Source of the DNA: an uncultured Chloroflexia bacterium
GTDB taxonomy: Bacteria > Chloroflexota > Limnocylindria > Limnocylindrales > CSP1-4
Direction of reading: 5' to 3'
DNA length: 64,000 nt
Assembly (NCBI GenBank): GCA_963712745.1
Contig: CAVQJC010000001.1
Coordinates: 1 to 64,000, forward strand
The notes under the pieces were generated by a model. It saw only the letters and a list, made by a program, of their open reading frames with translations, was not told where the DNA came from and made no database searches. This document shows, in pieces, positions 1-7,385 of this stretch (position 1 is the stretch's first letter; every line of letters begins with the position of its first letter). The position numbers and the translations under genes were made by a program.

Positions 1-118
1 GTGGACCCGCCGCTAGCGAACACCCGTTCCAATCTGCGATGCTCGGGACCTCGGCGGGGCCCGGCCCCGACGGGAGGCCCGCGGTCCCCGAGGGCCCGAG
101 GAACGACGGGGACGTCGT
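1..118 (+). repeat. Copy 1 of ~115-bp direct repeat (LexA box + GC-rich structured segment)
   Basis: Near-identical to 1395-1510, including the identical core CCCCGACGGGAGGCCCGCGGTCCCCGAGGGCCCGAGGAA. Confidence 0.9.
17..30. promoter_or_regulatory. LexA/DinR (SOS) box
   Basis: cGAAC-ACCC-GTTCc matches the GAAC-N4-GTTC box of Firmicutes, Actinobacteria and Chloroflexi. Confidence 0.65.
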
Positions 119-137
119 TGTCGTGAGGGAGGTCGCG

Positions 138-167
138 GGTCAGGCGTGGATTCGCCTGCGCCTGACC
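138..167. terminator. Hairpin between repeat copy 1 and the 3' end of the convergent propeller gene
   Basis: Perfect 9-bp inverted repeat GGTCAGGCG/CGCCTGACC; no U-tract. Confidence 0.4.
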
Positions 168-180
168 GGACCGATACGGA

Positions 181-1186
181 CTACGGGAGTGGCAGGCGCC
201 ACACGGCATTGACGTCGTGGGCGCTGAGCCAGACCGCTGCATCGTCGGCAGCCACGCTGCCGCTCCCGGCCGGTGGCCCGTATCGCGCCACGACCGCGTT
301 CGTCGACGGGTCGATCTGGGGCGACGCAGCTGGTCGCTCATCCATGCCCACACGAAACCCCCTCGACGGCGATGTCGCCACCCTGGACGGGCGACGGCGT
401 CACGAGGATGGTCGCCGTGACGGCATCGGTCGCCGAGTCGATGCGCAACACGGTGCCGTCGCCTTCGTTCATGGCCCACACCGAGCCCTCGCCGACGGCG
501 AGGAAGCGCGGTCGGCTGCCGACCGCGAATTGCACTTCATCAGCACGGTGCCATCACTCGGTCGATGCGTCGCCAGACCGAGTTCGCGTCCATCTTGGCG
601 ATCCAGACGCCGCCGTAGCCGGCACGGACGCCGAACAACCCGGTCCCTACCGGGAACATCCCCACGACGGCATCGGTGTCTGGATCGACCTTCATGAGGA
701 GTTGCTCGCCGGGTCCGAGGGACACCGCCCAGACCGCCCCTCCCCGGCGGCCACGGAGCTCTCGTACTGGAGGTCGTTGACCTCGAGCGGGATCGTCGCG
801 CTGATCGTCGCCGTGGCAGGGTCGATCCGGACCAGGGACGGCGCGCCGGACTTGCAGGCACCCACCCAGACGGAGTCGAAGCCCACGTCCATGGCGAGGC
901 AGGTCTCCCCGGGCACCGGCAGCATCGCGAGTTCGGTCCCATCGGCGCCCGCGAACTGCTTGACCGCCTCGCCGACGGCGACCCAGGCATCACCGCCGGC
1001 CGTCACCACCCAGTCGGCGAAGGGTCTGACCGTCAGCCGCGTGGCGCCGGCCTCCTCGATGTCCTGGGCAGGCACGAGGGCTGGGCCGGACGACGGCGAG
1101 GCCTCCTGTGCGACGCTGCCGATGGGGACCGTCGTGACCGCCAACGCCAAGACGGTCCCAGCCAGTGGAATGACTCGCCTGTTCAT
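181..1186 (-). CDS. Secreted beta-propeller protein (Vgb/YncE-like), frameshifted
   Basis: Signal peptide MNRRVIPLAGTVLALAV. Repeated blades (VGFDSVWV, AVGEGSVWAMNEGDGTVLRID, GYGGVWIA, ADDAAVWLS) are spread over ORFs 692-1186, 540-725, 338-535 and 181-381. Confidence 0.7.
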
Positions 1187-1394
1187 CTCGGGAGCTCTCC
1201 TTCTCCCCCATCGCCGCCGTTCGTGTCACGCGGTCGGTGCGAACGTGCTGGCGCAGCATGATGAGGCACCGCGTCTGCCGTGTCACCACGGAACGAGTAC
1301 GGACGCGACGCAGCGTAGGACGTCCTTGCCTTCCCGCAGCGTCCGTGTCCTGAGCACCGACCCTGCTTCCTCGCCAAATCTCGTGGATAACTTC

Positions 1395-1510
1395 GTGGAC
1401 GCCGCCCCTAGAGAACATCGGTTCTATATGCGATGCTCGAAACCTCGGCGGGGACGCCCCCGACGGGAGGCCCGCGGTCCCCGAGGGCCCGAGGAAGACG
1501 GGGACGTCGT
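1395..1510 (+). repeat. Copy 2 of ~115-bp direct repeat; leader of the gene at 1530
   Basis: Aligns to 1-118 with a few substitutions and 1-bp indels; followed by GGAG and ATG at 1530. Confidence 0.9.
1412..1425. promoter_or_regulatory. LexA/DinR (SOS) box
   Basis: AGAAC-ATCG-GTTCT, symmetric arms, next to an AT-rich TATATG. Confidence 0.75.
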
Positions 1511-1529
1511 CATCTCTCGGGGAGACGCC

Positions 1530-2039
1530 ATGCCGAGCCATCCTGACCCTCTGCCCGCGCGGGCCGACATCGCCGCGGTCGCCGACCAGACCGGTCTGAG
1601 CCGCGAGGTCGTGGCGCGCCTCCGTGAGCATCTGACGGGGACCGATGGGACGCCACCGGACCGCGAGGACCTCGGGTCGTACGCGGTGTTCGGCGCCGAG
1701 CATCTCGGCGAGGGTGGCCTGCGCCTCTACCTCGAGCTGCCCGCCGACCCCGACCGTCCGGCCACGGCTGCCGCTCGGTGGCTGCTCGAGCAGTGGGCGG
1801 CGGAGGAGGAGGCGTGGTCGAAACGGCGGCGGGGGACCTGGTTCGACGGCAAGTTCTGGGTCGCCTACCTCGACGCCTGCAAACGCACCACGCCGCCCTA
1901 CACACCGCGCTCGGTCGCGCCCCACTTCGACACCCTCCATGGCAAGCGGGGCATCAGCCCCGACCACCTGCGCCGGCTCATCCGGCGGTTCGGCGTGATG
2001 GCCAGGGTGGACGGTCGCATCAGGGTGGTCTACCCGTAG
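1530..2039 (+). CDS. Hypothetical DNA-binding protein (N-terminal HTH-like, C-terminal domain shared with next gene)
   Basis: SD GGAG + ATG; IAAVADQTGLSREVVARLR is HTH-like; C-terminus FWVAYLDACKRTTPPYTPRSVAPHFDTLHGKRGISPDHLRRLIRRFG. Confidence 0.65.
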   Translation: MPSHPDPLPARADIAAVADQTGLSREVVARLREHLTGTDGTPPDREDLGSYAVFGAEHLGEGGLRLYLELPADPDRPATAAARWLLEQWAAEEEAWSKRRRGTWFDGKFWVAYLDACKRTTPPYTPRSVAPHFDTLHGKRGISPDHLRRLIRRFGVMARVDGRIRVVYP

Positions 2040-2070
2040 GGTCGGGCCCGCGTAGCGCCGGGGGGCAGCC

Positions 2071-2541
2071 GTGTCGGACCATCCTGACGACATCCTCAGG
2101 GACGCCGACATCGCCAGACTCCAGTCCGAGTTCGCGCAGCTCCATCCCATGCTCGTCGGGGCGCTCTTCGATCATCTCGAGACGAAGCGCGGCGGACAGC
2201 CGGGCATCAAGCGGGCCCGCGCCTACATCAAGCGCGTCAGGAGCCTCGACCCGGCCACGCTGTGGAAGCGTCTCGGGCTGCCGATGCCACCGCCGGAGCC
2301 GATGCCCACCCGTCGGTCGACCGCGCCGAGGACCGCGGCCCCTCGTCGGCGCCGACCAGGCCGACCCGGCTGGACGGCCGAGCTCTTCTGGGCTCGCTAT
2401 CGCGAGGCCTGCGAGCGTGCGGACCCACCGCACACGTACCGTGCGGTCTCGCGACACTTCGTGACCCTCGACGGCACGATCGGCACGAGCCCCGAGTACC
2501 TGCGCAAGCTCGTCCACCGCTTCGGCCTGCCCCCTCGCTAG
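2071..2541 (+). CDS. Hypothetical DNA-binding protein, C-terminal paralogue of 1530-2039
   Basis: C-terminus FWARYREACERADPPHTYRAVSRHFVTLDGTIGTSPEYLRKLVHRFG aligns without gaps to the upstream protein. Confidence 0.65.
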   Translation: MSDHPDDILRDADIARLQSEFAQLHPMLVGALFDHLETKRGGQPGIKRARAYIKRVRSLDPATLWKRLGLPMPPPEPMPTRRSTAPRTAAPRRRRPGRPGWTAELFWARYREACERADPPHTYRAVSRHFVTLDGTIGTSPEYLRKLVHRFGLPPR

Positions 2542-2582
2542 GGACCGCACCGAAAACCGTACCGATATCGCGACATACCCCT

Positions 2583-2598
2583 CCGGATAATTGTCCGG
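2583..2598. promoter_or_regulatory. Palindromic operator candidate upstream of the replication operon
   Basis: CCGGATAATTGTCCGG, near-perfect palindrome in a lower-GC intergenic gap. Confidence 0.45.
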
Positions 2599-2645
2599 GT
2601 TTCGGGGACTGTTTCGTCCTGCCGCCCTCGTGCACGCTCGATCCC

Positions 2646-2981
2646 ATGAGCTACTACACCGTCTACCTCGAGGGCGAAGACGCCGAGCGACTGCTCGAGC
2701 TCGCCCAGGCCGCGCGACGTCGTCCCCGCAGCCAGGCCGAGATCCTGCTCGAGGATGCCATCCGACGCGCGGGGACCGACGGTGACTCTTCCCTCGCCGC
2801 CCTGGTCGCGGCCTTCGAGGCCGAGGGCCGGAAGTGCTTCCGCCGCGCCGAGTCCAGCTCGACCGGGCTCGTGAAGAGCCTCGTGCTCCAGGCCCGCGGC
2901 GAAGCCTGGCTGCAGGCGGCCACGCGGCTGCGCGACGCCATCCCCTCCCACCGAAGCGCGGACGGCGCTGCCGGTCGATGA
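2646..2981 (+). CDS. Ribbon-helix-helix (Arc/CopG-like) regulator
   Basis: MSYYTVYLEGEDAERLLELAQAARRRPRSQAEILLEDAI shows a beta-alpha-alpha pattern; first gene of the operon. Confidence 0.55.
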   Translation: MSYYTVYLEGEDAERLLELAQAARRRPRSQAEILLEDAIRRAGTDGDSSLAALVAAFEAEGRKCFRRAESSSTGLVKSLVLQARGEAWLQAATRLRDAIPSHRSADGAAGR

Positions 2982-3036
2982 CCGGCCGACGGCCGCATAG
3001 GACCCACCCCTCCACCACAGCCGACAGGAGCACCAC

Positions 3037-3608
3037 ATGTCCGCAGGCACCATCACCATCACCGCCGGCCGCCCCAACCGCCAGGGGGACGAGAAGGACT
3101 TCTCCGGACCCGACGGCACGTACACGGCCACCCTGGTCGCGGTCAGCGAGCCGGTCACCGAGAAGTCGACGCATGGCCGACGCCAAGGGCGACGGCACCT
3201 GGACGTATCGCACCTGGACCTTCGCCATCGAGCCCGAGGGCGAGGTCCTCGACACCCGCGCCAACACCCGCATCGCCGGTCCCAAGTCCCGCCAGTACGG
3301 CATCGTCGCGGCCCTCGTCGGGCGCACCCCGACCGGTCGGCGCCGAGGTCGACATCCAGCGCCATCTCGTGGGTCGCCAGTGCCTCGTCTCGATCGAGAC
3401 GAACGACAACGACTACCCCTACATCAAGACGTTCATGGCGTTGCCGCCGGCGCGGGTCGGGAATGGCTCGGCACCGGCGCCGGCGCCGACTCCTGCGCCG
3501 CCGGCGGCGGCTCCGGCCGCACCGGTAGCCACCCCTGACTCGCTCCGGGCGCGCATGGCGCAAGCCGAGCAGCCCCAGGCGGCACCCGACGACGACCTCG
3601 GCTTCTGA
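3037..3608 (+). CDS. Phage-type ssDNA-binding protein (DUF669-like), frameshifted
   Basis: AGGAG SD; PDGTYTATLVAV...TWTFAIE...LVGRQCLVSIETNDNDYPYIK, Pro/Ala linker and acidic-aromatic tail DDDLGF; spread over three frames. Confidence 0.6.
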
Positions 3609-3632
3609 GCCGGGACCGAGACGATCGAGACG

Positions 3633-5598
3633 GTGGGCGACGTGACCACCCTCGTCATCCCCGACGTCAGCGGGCTCGACCTGCCGGCGGCCGCGGTCGC
3701 GTATGCCGAGGCCGGCTGGCGGGTGGGCCCGCTGTGGTGGGTACGCGAGGACGGCACGTGCGCGTGCGGGTCGCCGCGCTGCCGACCGCGCGACCGGGGC
3801 AAGCACCCCATCGCCAAGCCCGGCCTCGTGCCCCATGGCCTGCGCGACTTCAGCGATCACACGGGGCAGGTCGCGGGCTGGTGGCGCCGCTATCCGGAGG
3901 CCAACATCGGCCTGCTGCCACCGGCGGGCACGTTCGGGCTCGATGTCGACGATCCTGCGACGTGGAAAGCCCGTGGTCCGGCCCTCCCCCGCGTCGGTCC
4001 GGTGCAGCTGACGGGATCGGGTGGCGGGCGACGCCAGCACCTCTACCACCTCGACGGCCATGCCACAGGGGAAGTGGCGTTCAACAAGCCGCTCACCGGC
4101 TACGGCGTGGAGACGAAAGGCGACGGTGACGGCTACCTGGTGGTGGCCCCCTCGATCACGACCGAGCCGTACCGCTGGGTGCGCACCGGACCCCTGCCGG
4201 TCGTGCCCGATGCGCTCTGGGCCATCCTGCCGCGCCGGACCGAGCGCCCCACGTCGACGACGACCATCTCCATCGACGACTGCTGCGCGGTCCCGGCGCG
4301 CATCGAGCGCGACCCTGGCGGCCGCGACTGGCTGCTGGCGAAGACCGCCCACCTGCGCGCGGCGCACCGGCTCACCGGCGCCGCCGCCCGAGCCATCCTG
4401 GTCACCTATCTCCCGGCCATGGACCCGCCCTACCCGTCGGGCGACGGCGGGGCCGAGTCGACAAGATCCTCGCCTACGACGCTGCCCACCCGGGCGCATC
4501 GGGTCGGGCGGGCGCGACCGTCGGGCGACGAGCCCCGCCCCGGGCCCGGCATCGACGCCGCCGACCTGCTCGCGCTCGATCTGCCGCCGCTGCGCGCATG
4601 GTCGTGCCCGACCTGCTGCCCGAGGGTTCGAGCATCCTGGCCGCACCGCCGAAGGTGGGCAAGAGCTGCCTCGTCTACCAGATCGCGGTCGAGGTCGCCC
4701 TCGGCGGCTCGCTCCTGGGACGGCGGGTCGAGCCTGGCTCGGCGCTGTATCTCGCGCTCGAGGACGGCCATCGTCGCGGGCAGGAGCGCCTGCGGGCAGC
4801 CCTCGCCGGGCGGACGATGCCCCGCGGACGGCTCGAGGGGCTGGGGTGCGCGGCACATCGGCGCGGGGCTCGAAGAGGACATCGCGGCCTGGCTCGACGC
4901 ACACCCCGACGCCGCGCTCGTGGCCATCGACACGCTCGGACGGGTGCGCCCGGGCTCCGATGGGCGGCGCAACGCCTACGAGGTCGACGTCGAGGACCTG
5001 GGGCGTCTGCAGGGGCTGTTCCGCGACCGGCCGGTGGCGCTGCTCATCGTCCACCACACGAACAAGGACAGCCGCGACGACTTCCTGGCCCTCGTGTCGG
5101 GCACCTATGGGCTGACCGGGTCGGTGGACACGATTGATCGTCATCCGCCGCAAGCGCCTCGAGGCCTTCGGCACCATCGCGGTCACCGGGCGCGAGGTGG
5201 CCGAGTCCGAGCTCGCTGCCCGCTTCGACGGCATGACCTGGCAAGAGGCACCCGACTCCCTGGCCGAAGCCTCGTTCCAGCGCATCGAGGTCTACCGCAT
5301 CATCGAGGAGGCGGGGCCCATCTTCCCCAAGGCCATCGCCGACCGCCTGGGGCTGTCACGGACCTCGGTCCAGAACATGACCGCGTCGCTCGTGGCCGAT
5401 GGGGCCATCGCGCGGACCTCACGCGGCTACGTCACCGTCGGGGTCGTCTTGGAGAGTCATCCGAGTCACCGCGAGTCATCGGAGTCATCGGAGTCACCGG
5501 CCCCCGGTGACTCTGCCCTCCGAGAGATGATCCGAGTCATCGCGGACGACCAAGGGGTCGAAGGGGACACCCCTCCCTCTGAGCGTGCCTACCACTGA
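3633..5598 (+). CDS. Bifunctional primase/polymerase (Prim-Pol) fused to AAA_25/RepA-type helicase with C-terminal HTH, frameshifted
   Basis: YAEAGWRVGPL, CACGSPRC..GKHP, GLDVDD, TGSGG..QHLY, GYLVVAPS; Walker A AAPPKVGKS; Walker B LVAIDTL; LLIVHHTNK; IADRLGLSRTSVQN. Confidence 0.85.
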
Positions 5599-5645
5599 CC
5601 CCGGTGACTCTGATGATTTCCTACGGGGAGAGTCATCCCAGTCAC
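5454..5645. repeat. Iteron-like GAGTCAY cluster (putative origin)
   Basis: GAGTCAY at 5454, 5463, 5473, 5482, 5491, 5534 and 5630; inverted GTGACTC at 5507 and 5604. Confidence 0.7.
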
Positions 5646-5816
5646 CGGGGGGACGCGCGCGAGGGGGCCGCCGTGGCGGTGCCGGCGCCGGCCGCCGGCC
5701 GCTGTCCCGACTGCGGGCTCGGGCCCTTCATCTCGGCCGACTACTACGAGCGCCACTGGCTCGACACCCACGACTATCCCGCGAGCGCCTGGGGATTACG
5801 GGGGCTGCCGGCATGA
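5604..5816 (+). CDS. Small protein with C2H2-like zinc finger (start uncertain)
   Basis: CPDCGLGPFISADYYERHWLDTH (C-x2-C-x13-H-x4-H); stop overlaps next ATG. Confidence 0.4.
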   Translation: MTLMISYGESHPSHRGDAREGAAVAVPAPAAGRCPDCGLGPFISADYYERHWLDTHDYPASAWGLRGLPA

Positions 5817-6866
5817 CCGCCGCCGACGAGCTCACCGCCTTCCTCCGCGCCCGTGGGGGCGAGGCGCCGGCCGCGGTGTGCACCGAGCACCTCCGCGCCC
5901 GCGGCTATGGCAGCGCCGCCCGCAAGGCGGCCAAGGAACGCGCCGGGGTCGTCTCGCGCAAGACCGGCTACGACGGCAAGTGGGTCTGGCGCCTGGCCGA
6001 CGATGTCGAAGGTGCCGCGGCGGTCCCCGACGCCGCGGCACCACCCTCCGCCGTCATCACCATCTCGGCGGGACCGCGCAACGCCCGCACCGGTCCCGGC
6101 CACCGGCCTGCGCTTCTACACCTGGCGGGGACGGGACCTGCCGTCGGTGACGAGCATCCGCCGCATCGCCGGGCTGCCCCACGGGCTCCACCAGTGGGCC
6201 CTCAACCAGGTCATCAGCCACGCGCTCGACCACTGGCCCGAGCTCACCGAGCGCCTCGCCGGCGGCGACCCCGGGCGGCTTAAGGTCGTGCGCCATGACC
6301 TGCGGGCCGCGGCCACCGCGCAGCGCGACCGGGCCGCCGACCTCGGCACCGCCGTCCACGAGGCGGCCGCGCGACGCCTGTCGCCGACCGAGGTGCCGCC
6401 CGAGGTCGCGCCGCGTCTGCGCCAGTACCTCGACTGGCTGTCTGTGTCGGGGGCCGAGGTCCTCGCCACCGAGCGCCAGGTGTGGAACCTGACCCTCGGC
6501 TACGCCGGCAGCTTCGACCTGCTCGTGCGGCTGCGTGACGGCTCGATCCACCTCGTCGATCTGAAGACGGGCAAGGGCACCTACCCCGAATATGCGCTCC
6601 AGCTCTTCGCCTACGCCATGGCCGAGTTCGTGGGCGAGGACGATGTCGTGGACGAGGCGGCGACCGCACTCCTCCACGCCATCAAGGGCATGGCCGTGCT
6701 CCATCTCACCGACACGGGCTGGGAGTACATCGCGCTGCGGCCGGACCCCGAGACGTGGTCGGCCTTCCGCGGCCTGCTCACGTTCGCGGTGTGGATGGCG
6801 ACGCACCGGGACATGGCCTCGGTGACCCTGGCGTCGCGGACGGGGCGGGAGGAGCCGGCCGCATGA
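5813..6866 (+). CDS. PD-(D/E)XK phage exonuclease with N-terminal wHTH-like segment (frameshift near 6090)
   Basis: LPSVTSI, AADLGTAVHE, ERQVWNLTLGYAGSFDLL, LVDLKTG, LQLFAY. Confidence 0.8.
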
Positions 6867-6936
6867 CGAAGCGCTGCCTCCGGACCGACCCGCACGACTG
6901 CTTCCTCGGGCGCCATCGTCGAGCCCGCCAAGGCCC

Positions 6937-7221
6937 GTGCGCATCGCCGAGAAGGACTTCCAGCGACAGGTGCTCGAGGTCGCCCGCCTCTATCGCTGGC
7001 ACGCCTACCACCCGGCGCTCTCGAAGTGGAGTGAGCGTGGCTGGCCAGACTTGGCTCTGGTCCGCCCACCCCGGCTCGTCTTCGCCGAGCTGAAGTCGGA
7101 GTCGGGCAAGGTGACCGAGCACCAGGAGCGGTGGCTCGGGTTGCTGCGCGGGTGCCCCGGGATCGAGGTCTTCCTGTGGCGGCCGTCCGACCTCGAGCGG
7201 GTCGCGGAGGTCCTGCGCTGA
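6937..7221 (+). CDS. VRR-NUC domain nuclease (junction resolvase-like)
   Basis: EKDFQRQV...GWPDLALVR..LVFAELKSESGKVTEHQERWL. Confidence 0.85.
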   Translation: MRIAEKDFQRQVLEVARLYRWHAYHPALSKWSERGWPDLALVRPPRLVFAELKSESGKVTEHQERWLGLLRGCPGIEVFLWRPSDLERVAEVLR

Positions 7222-7385
7222 TGGACCTTGAGGTGTCGCGCCCCGTGAGCGAACATGCCGACCCCGACGGAGCGAGGGTCGAGGTGACGATGGTCGAGCG
7301 AGACGATGCTGCCCTGCGCCTCGCTCGGGTCGCGGCCATCATCGCGGCCGACCGGGAGCGCCGGGCGAAGGACCTCGCGGCATGA
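7221..7385 (+). CDS. Small hypothetical protein coupled to the integrase
   Basis: ATG overlaps the VRR-NUC stop and TGA overlaps the integrase ATG; 54 aa. Confidence 0.45.
   Translation: MDLEVSRPVSEHADPDGARVEVTMVERDDAALRLARVAAIIAADRERRAKDLAA

Noticed and set aside
39-212. 57-codon ORF starting in repeat copy 1
   Set aside because: The frame is not preserved in copy 2 because of 1-bp indels, and there is no SD.
1-1510. Integron attC cassette array
   Set aside because: No RYYYAAC/GTTRRRY ends and no tyrosine integrase in the window.
273-2039. 588-aa ORF
   Set aside because: The first ~420 codons are antisense to the propeller gene or intergenic; the real start is the SD-preceded ATG at 1530.
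2538-5285. 915-aa minus-strand ORF (and similar ones such as 38157-41120 and 6611-8320)
   Set aside because: Shadow ORFs of real genes in high-GC DNA, with no motifs.
6100-6866. Cas4 or defence nuclease
   Set aside because: No Fe-S cysteines and no cas context; it fits a phage-type exonuclease in a replication operon.
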